DNA of 61,269 nt, filler included, from Squatina squatina (GCA_031763465.1; 4 parts of 4 records of this genome joined end to end with filler, not necessarily neighbours in it), one strand, 5' to 3'; numbered from the whole stretch's first letter, positions 12,486 to 25,086 are shown. The notes: generated by a model from the letters alone, not told the origin. Translations and numbers: made by a program.

Positions 12486-13266
12486 TAGTGTAGAATAATC
12501 TAAGGGAGATAATGAGCAATTGAGGGCTATTGACTTCTGGGGTTCTTGTGAGTGTTTGCCAGTCCTGTATACCGTATTCCTTTATTCCTATCATGATACG
12601 ATACTATGGTTCCAATATCAGATCTCTGAAAGGCTGCCCAATATACCCGAGATCATTGCTGACCTGATGCACATGTTCAAGACTGTCAAGTTTCCTCAGA
12701 TGTGAAACATAGAGAAAAATGCTCCACAAGATATTTATCTTTATGTTCTTTCTTTAACAAACCTTAAATAACTAGCAAAAAGTAATAAGTGACAACTGGG
12801 GACAGCTCGATCGAAGAACATTGCCTGCAGTCTCACCTTTATTTATGACCTTCTCTGCTGCCACTTATCCATTATTGTTTCATTGAAGCTTTATTAAATG
12901 GTTAAGTTTTAGACAGTTCACTAACTGTTTTACTCCATTGGAAACTTTTAGCCAATATTGGCATGCGTAACATAGAGTACATTAAAATGTAGATGTGACA
13001 GCAACTCTGCCACTTGTTTACATATCATATTAAATCACATTTGGTTAATAGTCTGTCAATTCATCATATTTCTCCGTAAGATTCCCCTATTTCTGTCAAT
13101 CACAGGCCATTCATGCACATTTGGCAGACTATGATTGACAGGAGAAAATAAAAACATTGTTCATATTGCCAAATGAATCTGTCTCACATCAAATATGGAC
13201 AACAGTGGAGCAATAACACTGTCTATCACAATCAATCATAAAAATGATTCTCTTTCCCTAAATTCA

Positions 13267-13635
13267 CCAACAAGCGAGAGTCTAACCACCACCCTTTGTT
13301 ATTCAACAGCATTATCATTGCTGAATCCTCCACCATCAACATCCTGGGGGCCAACGGTGACCAGAAACTTAACTGGACCAGTCACATAAACACTGTAGCT
13401 ACAAGAGCAGGTCAGAGACTGGGGAGTCTCCGGCAAATGTCTCCCCTCCTAACTTCCCAAAGCCCTTCCACCAAATGCAAGGCACAAGTCATGAGCGTGA
13501 TGGAATACTCTCCACTTACCTGGATGAGTGCAGCTCCAACAATACTCAAGAAGCTTGGCACCATCCAGGACAAAGCAGTCCGCTTGATCGGCACCCCTTC
13601 CACAACCTTAAACATTCACTCCCTGCACCACCGGC
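13267..13635 (+). mobile_element. HER1-type LINE ORF2 C-terminal fragment
   Basis: INILGANGDQKLNWTSHINTVATRAGQRLG...KAQVMSVMEYSPLTWMSAAPTILKKLGTIQDKAVRLIG is a post-RT region of CR1/L2-group LINEs. Confidence 0.8.
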
Positions 13636-14643
13636 NNNNNNNNNNNNNNNNNNNNNNNNNNNNNNNNNNNNNNNNNNNNNNNNNNNNNNNNNNNNNNNNN
13701 NNNNNNNNNNNNNNNNNNNNNNNNNNNNNNNNNNNAGGCCATGCTCCTCAAACAGGGACAAAACAGCAGAAAATAGAAAAGCACCTTAAGAATCTGTAGG
13801 ACCACTGCACTGCTACATTCCGACTGATGGCAAGCTGCCTCTTACGGCTTGCAACAAAAGCACTCGTCTTAGTTGGGTGTTTTCGGTTTGTCTTCTTCGC
13901 TGCTGATTGCAAAGGGACCGGCTCAGAACAGATGCAAGCTCAATGTGCCAAATAGTTTTACAGACCGTCAGTGAAAGGACATATTGTGCTAGATAAACAT
14001 TATGATTAATGTGGTCTAAATGTATGCAAGACCTTTGATGGTACGTGACACATGGGAGAGGAGATCATGTATTTATGCGCACACAGTAAAAATGTTTATT
14101 CTAGCACCGAGACGGGTAGTTTCACTGCACGCAGCACTGTTATTTCACACAAGTTAAAAAGCAGAGATGGTAATTCGTAAACCACTCAACAGTTTGCTGC
14201 AACTTGTGCTATTCCCCGGAGCTACATACAATAGAACAAACTGAGTAACATGCATTCTTTAATACCCTTGAAAGAACTGCTGTGGCTCAGTTTCCAGTTT
14301 CAGAGACCTTCCATTAGATTTTTTGGCTGCGGCAGGTTTTTTTAAAAATGATTTTCAACTTTTTTTTCTTGTGTAGCCAACTCTGGAAGATTTGTGGAGT
14401 GGCTTTAACAGACGTGCCTTTGCCTTTGCACACTTGTTTTTATTAAGACAGTATAGCTTTTTTTCTGCCTTGTATTCTTTTAGGTACTTCTGCTCAGTTT
14501 GCTGGTATCTGGGAGGTCGAAAATGTACATTTTTAGAAAGGAGNNNNNNNNNNNNNNNNNNNNNNNNNNNNNNNNNNNNNNNNNNNNNNNNNNNNNNNNN
14601 NNNNNNNNNNNNNNNNNNNNNNNNNNNNNNNNNNNNNNNNNNN

Positions 14644-15517
14644 CCTCCTATTTCTCATCTACCTGCTGCCCCTTGGTGACACCATCCAAAAGCACAGCAT
14701 CAGTTTCCACATGTACGCTGACAACACCCGGCTCTAACTCCCCAGCACTTCTCTCAAGCCCACCACGGTCTCTAAATTGTCAGACTGCTTGTCCAACATC
14801 CAGTTCTGGATGAGCAGAAATTGTCTCAAATTACGTATTGGGAAGACCGAAGCCATTGTCTTTGGGCCTCGCCACAAACTCCGTTCCCTCGCCACCGACT
14901 CCATCCCTCTCCTGAGCATCTGTGTGAGGCTGAACCACACTGTTCGCAACCTTAGTGTCATATTTGATGCTGAAATGAGTTTCCGACCATATATCCGTAG
15001 CATAACTAAGACCTATTTCCAACTCCATAACTTATCCAGTTCCGCCCGAGCTGCTGAAGCCCTCATCCATGCCTCTATTACCTCCAGATTTGACTATTCC
15101 AATGCACTCCTGGCTGGCCTCCCACAATCTACCCTACAAAATTTGGCTGCCCTGTCCTAACCCGCACCAAGTCGCATTCACCCATCACCCCTGCGCTTGC
15201 TGACCTACATTGGCTTCTCATTAAGCAATGCCTTGGTTTCAAAATTCTCAGCCTTTTCCTCAACTCCCTCCATGGCTCCCTATCTCTGTAATCTCCTTCA
15301 GCCCCACAACCCCCCAAGCTATCTGCGCTCATCAAATTCTGCCCTCTTGAGCATTCCTCATTATAATCGCTCAACACTTGACGGCTGTGCCTTCTGTTGC
15401 CTAGGCCTTGAGCTCTGGAACTCCCCCCCGAAACCTCTCTGCCTCTCTTTCCTCCTTTAAGACGCTCCTTAAAACCTACCTCTTTGACCAAGCTTTTGGT
15501 GATCTGTCCTAATTTCT
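14644..15517 (+). mobile_element. L2 LINE RT and C-terminal fragment, frameshifted
   Basis: FHMYADNT (degenerate YADD), LSDCLSNIQFWMSRNCLKLRIGKTEAIVFG, LIHASITSRFDYSNALLAGLP, LWNS.P, LKTYLFDQAF. Confidence 0.88.
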
Positions 15518-15561
15518 NNNNNNNNNNNNNNNNNNNNNNNNNNNNNNNNNNNNNNNNNNNN

Positions 15562-15573
15562 TTAATTAATTAA
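15562..15573. other. Artificial assembly linker inside an N gap
   Basis: TTAATTAATTAA (stops in all six frames) flanked by about 44 N on each side. Identical at 34372 and 46941. Confidence 0.92.
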
Positions 15574-15617
15574 NNNNNNNNNNNNNNNNNNNNNNNNNNN
15601 NNNNNNNNNNNNNNNNN

Positions 15618-15745
15618 AGGGATTAAGCAATATGGGGAGAAAGCAGGAACAGGGTACTGAATTTGGATGATCAGCCATGATCATACTGAATGGTGGAGGA
15701 GGCTCGAAGGGCCTACTCCTGCTCCTATTTTCTATATTTCTATAC
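15618..15745 (+). mobile_element. CR1 3' tail
   Basis: Near-identical to 9636-9770. Confidence 0.8.
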
Positions 15746-16394
15746 AGCTTATGAAGGAGACCTGTATAATTCACTTGTGATCTTCACTATGAAACTACAA
15801 TGTCCTGTACTTGTGGAATAAATATGCTTTTCAAAAGTATTCTTATACAATATTCTTTATGTACATTCTTTTCTGTGCTCATGGAGAATACCTGTGATCA
15901 GACTCCGCTCCAATCCCTAAAGTAGTTGTTCCTCAAGCGTAAGTAGGGAAATGATACATAAATTCAAGAATACAGAGAGACTAAACTTTCACTGATTACT
16001 CAGGTAACAATTGGAAGACAGTGTCTTAGCTTTTGATTACAGCTGAAGAGTTTTTGATGTGAAAAAGAAATGAACAATTCAAAATGCAATGCATTCCCTA
16101 TGTGAACCAGTCAATATGGATAATTTCAGTAGGGTCCAAAGCAATGTTCCCGATAATTTTTTTTTGGGTGCAATGCCCCTTCACCGTTTACACTTCAACA
16201 TGGGAAAAGCCAGTCCCAGGCTGCGTGGGCCGCAGAGAACATTGGTCCACTTCAACATGGCGCCCCAGAATCCAATCCAACAGACAGACCATCCAGATAT
16301 TACATTTATAACGTTGTTCTATTCCTGTGGAAGCAATGGCCATGACAATGCTTCACACCCCTCAAGCACCTCAATAACTACATTTATGGTCATG

Positions 16395-16650
16395 ACAGAA
16401 TTACTTTTGAAGTGCAGTCACTGTTGTTACGCAAGTGAATGCAGCAGCCAATTTGCACACAGCAAGGTCCCACAATGAGCAATGCGATAGATGACCAGAC
16501 AATCAGTTTTGGTGGTGTTGGTTGAGGAATAAATATTAGCGAGGCCACCAAGGGAACTTCCTTGATCATCTTCAAATAGGACCATGGGAGTTCTGACACT
16601 CACCTGAGCAGGCAGACATTGTATCTGACAAGTTGACCCCTTTGACTATG
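16395..16650 (-). mobile_element. Deu-domain SINE fragment
   Basis: TTTGAAGTGCAGTCACTGTTG...GCAGCCAATTTGCACACAGCAAG...CCATGGGA is the reverse complement of the SINE core at 25087. Confidence 0.7.
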
Positions 16651-17464
16651 CAAATTCTTTCCTCTTCCACTTATGCCACTGGCATTCCCACAGTACGGTT
16701 CTTCCATGTTCATGAATGAACCACAATAAGCTCAGCTGAACGATCTTTTCCAAAACAAATTTGGAAGATGCCAACACCAACTATCCAAAACCATGTAGAA
16801 CCATTGCCAATTTGTCATTTATTTAGTTTTAATGAATGCAAGACAATAATTTGATAATGAAAGCAACAGATAACACTGTACAGTTTGCCCTAGATGGCAG
16901 CAAACAGCTGCTTACTTTTCCCACTAAAATAAGAGAACCTGTCACTCAGCAAAACAGCAACTGGTGCACTGCAGTACACACCAAATGGGAAGGCTTACAT
17001 GTTTGAACAAAATGCACCGAGTCAGGAGGTTCCTCTTACAGAAGCGCTCATTTACAGCTCAGACTCCCATCACTTATCCCTCTTCTTGCCAAAAATATCA
17101 TGCATACCAGAAAGCCTGCTATGATCTATGCTCATAATATGCCATTTCTTGACATAGTTCCTGCTGTTATTTCTTCCAAACCTACTTTTTCATATCAGGT
17201 TTTTATTTAAACCATTATAGCTTTTTACTTGTCTTGCACTGAAGAATTGTGGCTACTATTTTCACAAAAACTAGATACTGCCAAAAACAAAATGCCAGTC
17301 ATAAATCTTGTCAACACCTCAAAGCATTTATTTCACTCACTTGATTCTGCAACCAAAAGCAATTCAGCATCATTGGAGTGAGCTTGCTTGCAGCACTTTC
17401 TCCCCACCTCCCCCAACCCCATTGAGTTATGATAACTTGCATGTGGAAAATGGTTAGCGTGCTA

Positions 17465-17618
17465 ATCATAGAATGATACAGCACAAGGAGGCCAGTTGGC
17501 CCATCATGCCTGCTCTTTGAAAGAGCTATCCAATTAGTCCCACTCACCTGCTCCTTTTATTTTATTCATTCCTGGGATGTGGGCGTTGCTGGCAAGGCCA
17601 GCATTTATTGCCCATCCC
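17465..17618 (-). mobile_element. CR1-type tail followed by HER1/HE1-type tail
   Basis: ATCATAGAAT...GGCCCATC...CCCACT (CR1-type tail, reverse complement), then TTCCTGGGATGTGGGCGTTGCTGGCAAGGCCAGCATTTATTGCCCATCCC. Confidence 0.7.
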
Positions 17619-17718
17619 NNNNNNNNNNNNNNNNNNNNNNNNNNNNNNNNNNNNNNNNNNNNNNNNNNNNNNNNNNNNNNNNNNNNNNNNNNNNNNNNNN
17701 NNNNNNNNNNNNNNNNNN

Positions 17719-17800
17719 AAATACAAAACCAGAAAATGCTAGAAATTTACAGCATTTTCTGGTTTTATTTCAGATTCCAGCATCCACAGTATTTTGTTAT
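17719..17800. repeat. Hairpin formed by inverted Penelope-like terminal repeats
   Basis: AAAACCAGAAAATGCT - 10-nt loop - AGCATTTTCTGGTTTT. The right arm continues as the reverse complement of the 12130 repeat. Confidence 0.65.
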
Positions 17801-18786
17801 TACATTTTACAAATATTTGTTTTATACATACACACTGCTGCGTTATACATTAATGCTACTCGGTGCACTGCTATTGTTCTAAAGTATAATTTGCCAAGAC
17901 TGCACACAATATAGAAGTAAATGAGTTAAATGGAGTTTTGAAAACTAAAAGAGTTAAAACTTTCAGACATGTTGATAACAATTATTCAAGCAACAAATAA
18001 AATTTGTTTTATTCATGTCAATAAAAACACATAGGTTAGGAAATAATAAGCCCCTTCCTCCCCAGTGTCACCTCTATTTCTCCGCTCTCTCTTTCAGAAG
18101 GCTGACTTCTCTATAGCATAAAGTTTTACGCATGCCAATTTCCAGGGCCACTTTTACTGAAAAACTTTCTCTTCTGTGATATTCCAGAATTTTTGACCAG
18201 CTTTTTGGGGATCATCCGGGAATTTTCCAGTGTTTTTAAACTCGTGGTTTGGGGATTGTATTCAGCAACTACATCCACTTTTCCACTAAAACAGTAAACT
18301 GGTGATTGCCGTCCAGTACCTGCTCCAGTGGCCATTATACACGAGCCTCAACAGTGTTGGCAGGTTTGTCAGCTGCAGAGAGCATCACAGCCAAGCTTGA
18401 TCCTGCGTCAACAGATATCCACATGGGCGCACTATCAGTGCGGGTTTCTTAATGACGACCCAGAATGGGAACCCTGGAAAATTTTACCCTCCCTAAGAGG
18501 AGCAGAGAGGCCAACTGAAACACGAATACTCACTACAGACCAAGGATCTTCCTGGTCTGTATGACTCAGCTACTCACAGATAATCTTGCTGAGTCACAAG
18601 GGAACCTACGAGAAAGATCACAACGGTAAGTGTCACTTCATGATCAACTTGTTTCAAACCAAAGCATGCAATAAAATGCAACAAGAACTGGACTTCCATT
18701 AGGGCACGTATTTGTCAAGCAATGTTTTCTGCCTTTTAACCAATCTTAATGCAGAAAAAGTAAAAGGCTCTCTGAAATGTAGATAC

Positions 18787-18937
18787 CTTGTGTTTTAGAT
18801 GACTGAAGCTGCGTTGGAGTAGAAAGTACAATATTTGGAACTGTAAGTGTGTAAACTTCAGCAGGTGTAGGAGGTGAAGGAGTGTCTTCTGCTGGTGGTA
18901 TGAAATCATTTTCATCAAGATTATCATCTTCAAATTC
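18787..18937 (-). CDS. LMTK2: Lemur tyrosine kinase 2, internal exon (exon 3 equivalent)
   Basis: tttcttaatttcag|...|gtatct, 151 nt, phase 0 to 1. [38 protein letters not shown] matches recalled LMTK2 [21 protein letters not shown]...AEVFTLSVPNI. In frame with the exon at 19759. Confidence 0.92.
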
Positions 18938-19758
18938 CTGAAATTAAGAAAAACAATAGCGAGAGGCTTGATATCATTTAAAGTGGCATTATTTCCATGA
19001 GAATGTGCTTTTCAAGCAAAACTGCATATTGTAAAGTGTTGAAATGCACATCATGACAAAAATACTTCAGCAGATTCATGAACTTTAGTGAAATTTTCAA
19101 CTTCGTTTGATCTTCTGACTATCTTTCATCAGTTTTATCTCTGCACAGTGACCATGTCCTTTTAAAACATGGAATCAAACAGTGTACAGATAGCATGTGT
19201 TTCTCTAACTGAAGCCCAAACAGCGAACTTGCTTGAATAGGTTTCACCCTACATAACCGGAATCCAAGTTTCTGACACGAATAATATTAACACACATGAT
19301 GAAATATAAATCAATAGATACAGATTTCCCACCCTCCAACACCAAAAAAACCTCAAACAAGTCAATAGATTGGAATGAGTAATTGATAATCTCAGACAAT
19401 TGTTTAGTTCCCCTGGCTGGCAATCACAAATGAGAGAAAANNNNNNNNNNNNNNNNNNNNNNNNNNNNNNNNNNNNNNNNNNNNNNNNNNNNNNNNNNNN
19501 NNNNNNNNNNNNNNNNNNNNNNNNNNNNNNNNNNNNNNNNCTGAATCAAGCAAAGTTGAAAATCTTATTCATGAAGTAATCCTCCTGAAGTAGCCATCTG
19601 CAATCAGTGTGGGACTACACAACGCAAATTCCGATTTGACTGATATACTGCCAACACACTGCGTAAGTAGTTTCAAGGTTACACTTCATAAAATTACATG
19701 GCAGCTGATTAGAAATCAAATCAATCAGCGCAACTAAAGGTGCATCCTATGTACTCAC

Positions 19759-19880
19759 CTTGAAATTTATTTCTGGGTCTTTACAGCAGGACACACAGTT
19801 CACGATCAGGACGATGAGGACAACTAAACTGCACCCAGACAGTACGAGCAGTGACGATGAGACTTCAACAGCTGCTTCCC
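19759..19880 (-). CDS. LMTK2: Lemur tyrosine kinase 2, transmembrane exon (exon 2 equivalent)
   Basis: cattttccag|...|gtgagt, 122 nt. [40 protein letters not shown] matches recalled LMTK2 SSSLLVL...[20 protein letters not shown]. Confidence 0.94.
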
Positions 19881-20429
19881 CTGGAAAATGGGATTGCAAT
19901 CATTTTCCAACATCCGTTTTAAAGTACATTCCAAGAAAACACACACTATGGCATATAAACTCAACTGGATAATATTGTATTGCCAAATCCAGAATACTAC
20001 AGTTAATTATAAAGGTTGAATAAACATTTTGTAAAAAAAGAAACATTTTCAGAGAAATAATTTGGAGTTATTATAGCTTAAGTGTACATATGCTTTCATA
20101 AAAATTGTGTCAATATAGTTATTAAATGAAGACCGGATAAGATCAGCAGGCTTTGCGAACAAGGTTCTCATGGATTAAGCTTTATTGACTGGGTCTGGCA
20201 GCTCTATTGCACAGATGTGACGGTTAACAGACTTGAGGACTCACCAAAACATTAACACCTTAGTGCACATCAAGGTCACACTATCATTGATTATTTCAAC
20301 AGATACTTGGAGCAAATAAGTGTTTTGTTATAGCCTTTGTTTTTAATCATTTAGCGCTACTCTCCGACAGTAGGGACCCACAGACATATATAACAGAATG
20401 GGCAGTCATCATTTCTCTTCAAGGTAGAA

Positions 20430-20535
20430 ACAAGACTTGCATTTCTTCAATGCCTTTCATGACCTCAAAGTGCATCGCAGCCAATTAAGTACTGTTGAAG
20501 TGTGGTCGCCATTGTAATGTAGGAAATGTGGCAGA
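20430..20535 (-). mobile_element. Deu-SINE 3' tail fragment
   Basis: AAGACTTGCATTT...CCTTTCATGACC...AGCCAATTAAGTAC is the reverse complement of the tail at 25430-25510. Confidence 0.65.
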
Positions 20536-20651
20536 TTTTGAGAAGGTATGTTGTGAAAGGGAGTTTCCATTATTTGGAAACAAGGAGGTATAGACAAGAT
20601 AGAGTTATGAGAACACTGAATGCTTCAGTGTAGGTAGCTCCAGGCAAGTGG

Positions 20652-20878
20652 TTCTCCAGCAAGTCACACACCATCCTAACTTGGAAATATATCGGCCGTT
20701 CCTTCATCGTCGCTGTGTCAAAATCCTGGAACTCTCTCCCTAACAGCACTGTGGGAGTACCTTCACCACACGGACTGCAGCGGTTAAAGAAGGCGGCTCA
20801 CCACCAGCTTCTCGAGGACAACGATGGGCAATAAATGCCGGCCTTGCCAGCGGCGCCCACGTCCCAGAACAAATTAAC
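20652..20878 (+). mobile_element. HER1/HE1-type LINE 3' end
   Basis: AAAATCCTGGAACTC...GATGGGCAATAAATGCCGGCCTTGCCAGCGGCGCCCACGTCCC. Confidence 0.78.
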
Positions 20879-21424
20879 ACCTTTTTAAAAAGGCAGAGAC
20901 TATGGGGCTGATAATGTGATGCAAAGTACCACAGTGGCTCAGGCACTAGAGCCCTGCATTGTCAGGCATGGAGGCCTCGTTCTATTCAATTCTATACCAT
21001 ATGATGGGGCCAGTCCTTTTACATCAATTAGCAATCCTCTCCAGAATGTGGCTGGAGTGCTTCAGCAACACTGCAGCACCCATTTGCAATAGGTGTAGCA
21101 GGGGAGACCTGCAAAAAAAAAATGGAACTTTTTCCTCTTTAGTGATCTTATTCTCGCTGTATCTTCCTTTGTTTGCCCTCCAAAGTGGTCATTGGTCCCA
21201 TGGATATTTTTGATTCCAAGGATATTTGAGGTTTTTCCACAAGTGCAGCTCTTTAACAACTACTGGTATTGAGAAAGTGATCCCCAATTACTCCCCCATC
21301 CCCATGGCACCATGACTACTGCAAAAAAAACTTAAATGAGCTGACCTCCCATTATTAGGTGAGGGCAGCTATGTGGAGGGGGCACATACAGTGCCTGCAG
21401 AGCAACACTGATATTGGCCATAAA

Positions 21425-21857
21425 TAGGGTGACCAGATGCCCCAGTTTTGCCGGGACAGTCCCAGTTTTTACCCAAACGTCCCGGTGTCCTGACAATTCT
21501 TTGAAAAAGCCTCAAATGTCCCAGTTTGGGATGGAGGCCTGACTGTGCGTGCGCAGTATCTGAGGAGCTGGACTGCGCACGCGCAGTATCCAAGGAGCCT
21601 GAACTGCACACATGCAGTATCCGAGCAGCCCAAACTGCTGAGGAGCCTGGACTGCATGCACAGTCTCCGAGGATCCCGGACTGCACACATGCAGTATCCG
21701 AGGTGCCCAGACTGCACATGTGCAGTCTCTGAGGAGCTCGAACTGCTGAGGAGCTTGGACTGCGCATGCATAGTCTCGGGGAGCCCGGACTGTCTCTCAA
21801 CGCAGCCGGCAGGTAAGTTTTGTCCTGGTTTGGCCTTCCCCAAACCTGGTCATCCTA
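21425..21857. mobile_element. Non-autonomous hAT (Blackjack/MER81-like) element with internal minisatellite
   Basis: TIRs TAGGGTGACCAG and CTGGTCATCCTA. Subterminal GGGAC/GTCCC motifs. About seven ~31-nt units at 21535-21790. No clear TSD. Confidence 0.75.
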
Positions 21858-23621
21858 ATTAGGAAGGAAGAAGCAGGGAGGGTTCCTACTTGTAACCTCT
21901 GTACAGTCACCTCCCCCGGCTCAAAGTGCATGCACGTGGCCATCACTGGGCTGTGATTCTCCTCCCCCTCCCGCCTATAACCAAACAGCCTGCTGACACT
22001 CTCACCACCACGCTCACTCAACACAAATAATGGTCACTTGGGCGAAAAACAGGAAGGCACTTAATGCCCTTGCAGTCAGTGTTTCCAGAAAATAGGAAAG
22101 CTGTGGAATTTGAGTAATAAGCCAACTTAAGTTTAAAATTTATTTTTAACGCCTTTTACATTTGAAGACAATTATTTTCTGATGCTCAATTCTACCTCAT
22201 ACATAATGAGGTGGGTAATGTGAGCCGGTGCAGTGGGAATGAGATCGCACACGTGGTGCTTCCTGCTGACCTCGCACTATAATNNNNNNNNNNNNNNNNN
22301 NNNNNNNNNNNNNNNNNNNNNNNNNNNNNNNNNNNNNNNNNNNNNNNNNNNNNNNNNNNNNNNNNNNNNNNNNNNNNNNNNNNGCATGTGTAGTTTAACT
22401 TTTTTATGCATTTATTGATAGAATGGGAAGACGAAATGTAGATTGTGCACATGTTTTTTGATTGTTGAGTGCTTTACTTCCTTGGTTACTGAATGGTGGT
22501 AGATACTTGTTAAATAAATATACACATGTGAAGTACTTATGAGTGTGTAAGGTGTTTTCTACTAGATTTAGTGCATATGGCTAAAGTGGTTTTGCTGTAG
22601 TCTGCAATTTCTATTGGATAACACTGCTCACGGTCAAATATCAGAAGCACAGTCTGCAAATTAAAATGATCAGGATGATGTGTTGGATTTTTTTTTAAAC
22701 ATGTATGTTGGTTTGAGGCCCTCAGTTACAGCAGTGTTCTTTTTTCTGTTGGGACCCCTGGCAAATGTTGACACTGAGGGATTTATTGTCCTAACTTCCA
22801 AAAGACAGTCTCAGCCACCAAAGAATGGTGTCATTAAAGAAAGTAAGTCCACAAATATGAAAAAAAATTAAGAAATCTGAGGTGGAGGGACAGAAATTTG
22901 ATAACCACATAAAGTCTCTTGGATTCACTGACCCCAATTTGAAATCTTGCGTTAAACTACTTTTTACATGTCCTTTTCTGCCCCTTGTATTTCCTTGTGC
23001 TACACTCCATTTAATGATCACGATGGTAGCAGGTGAAATGTTTCCAAAATCATTGCTGATGCTGATTACCAGCATAAGAGTAAATTTGGTTGACTTGCCC
23101 TCCTAGTTTTTCTTCCTTTTCTTGGTAATTCTGTTTGGAAATTAGGAGCACAAGCATATATATGGTCCATGCTTTAATTTGAATGAATTATCACAGTGGT
23201 GGTTCAGGCTCTATTCCCATTTACTCTATTTGTATTCATAGCATGAGGTGGTTTCCAAAAGCAAACCCATGTTTCCTGTGATCTTGCACTATGTAAGCCC
23301 AGACTTGAAAGTCAGTGGACTGCTCAGTGATGGCTAGAAGGCATCACTGCTACAGCCAAGCTCAATCTTGCTTTCACCGAATGGGCATAGCTTCCAATGT
23401 GAATCAGTTGACACTGTTCAGGAATGTGAACCCTGTTTGATTTTCTTTCCGCCATCTTGACTTCCACCTTGAAGATATTTCCTGTTATAGAGCCCTCATC
23501 ATTGTCCTGGCTAAGATCAGANNNNNNNNNNNNNNNNNNNNNNNNNNNNNNNNNNNNNNNNNNNNNNNNNNNNNNNNNNNNNNNNNNNNNNNNNNNNNNN
23601 NNNNNNNNNNNNNNNNNNNNN

Positions 23622-24312
23622 AATTGCGCCGGTTTTTCCGAAGTGAAGTTACCGTTCAAGTTTCTGCCCAAAGTATTTGCATAACCACAAACAAAATCTC
23701 CCCTGAACCGCACAATACAATGCAATCAGTTATTTTTTACTTTGTGTATTTAAACATTTTCATCCATGTGATTAAGAGCGGTAACCTGCTGCAGTTTTGT
23801 TCATGCAGCTGAAAATGGGTTTATCACAAAAAAATAAGAATTTTTAATAAGTNNNNNNNNNNTCCACCACCTGTGAGTAACCTGATTTTAAATCACTGAA
23901 AATGACATAAAAATAATATACTGAACCATTTTCTAGTTTCAGTGGTGAACACTAGTCAGTTTCTTAGTAAATTAAATGTGTTTTAATATGTAAAATCTTT
24001 TAAAATGTGCCCGCTGGTGCCCAAACACCTAAGACAATGAGCCCTATTTGAGGAGCCTCCTCGTATAGCTGCAAAGAAACGGCAGAAACTCGCCATGCTA
24101 ATTAGTTTGACCTGGGGGCATGGCCGGGGTTTTAGGGGCGGGGCCGGCTTCGGGAGGAATGATTTTTAAACCAGTGTTAAAGATAGTGGAAACTCAATCG
24201 ACGCTCGATGTAGCTTGCGTTTAAAATTCCCCGATCGTTTGCGCTGGTTCAGCCAATTTCACCTGTCTTCCCACTGATAATGCTAGTGCAAACTAACGGA
24301 ATCTCTGCCCCA
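23622..24312. mobile_element. GC/CpG-rich non-autonomous DNA-element-like repeat
   Basis: CpG-rich ends with an AT-rich middle. Right terminus AATCTCTGCCCC resembles the GGGGC.GA.ATT termini of similar elements in this window. No coding signal. Confidence 0.35.
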
Positions 24313-25086
24313 CTATGTGATTGTGTGGGGTAACATGCAGTCAGTGTATGTTTTAATTGGGAATCCACGTCTGGATAATGCCTTCTCTCTTATATAAACT
24401 ACCTATCACTTTTTGGGCATCTTAAATGACTTAAAATAAATGTTACAAATTTGTGACATTTAATCTGCAGTGTGACAGGAAACAAGCAAGCAGTAATACT
24501 CTCCAGTCTGGACCGTGTTACTTTAAAGGGGTTGGATGCAGCCTGATAACAATGATTAATGCCAGCTGTGTGCTACAATCAGTCCAAAGTATTTTAAGAA
24601 ATGACCAGAGGGATCTAGACATCAATTATCACTATGTTAATTGGAAAACTGTCCTGACAGTTGTTGTAAAAGGCTTCTGCATTTATTATTACGATTCTTT
24701 GTATATTTTCAGCTAGCATTCTTTTGAGAAATAAATGCTGTTGGAATAGAGCGTAAAAACAGCGACCCAATATAAAACACTTTAGACTCAGGCCCGTGGG
24801 ATAGATAAAAATGTATGAACTCGGATTAAAAATAGTTAGTTGAAATAAATCGGTTAATGCCTCAGTTAAAATGTGACAGAAGATGGTATGTGAACCTGTT
24901 GAATGCTCACCTACTCCAACAGTAGCTTTATTTTTCAGTTTCTCTAAAAACAGCTACTTCAACACTTATTCTATGAAAATTATCTACCACATAATCAGGA
25001 GTTGTTTGCCTGCATTCGTACATTTGCATGCATTTTCGGGTTCTGCAGCACTGTAACAAAACCTTGTACATTTTCCTACAATCCAT

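Noticed and set aside
15562-15573. TTAATTAATTAA as a homeodomain site or biological repeat
   Set aside because: It is identically centred in three 100-nt gaps, so it is an assembly artefact.
16775-16820. Minus-strand QIGNGSTWF resembling LMTK2 EIGNGWFGK
   Set aside because: An in-frame TGA lies immediately before it, there are no suitable splice sites and the spacing is wrong, so it is treated as chance.
21369-21862. Overlapping ORFs on both strands and a CRISPR-like periodic pattern
   Set aside because: These are produced by the minisatellite inside the hAT element. The units are degenerate with no unique spacers, there are no cas genes, and the DNA is vertebrate.
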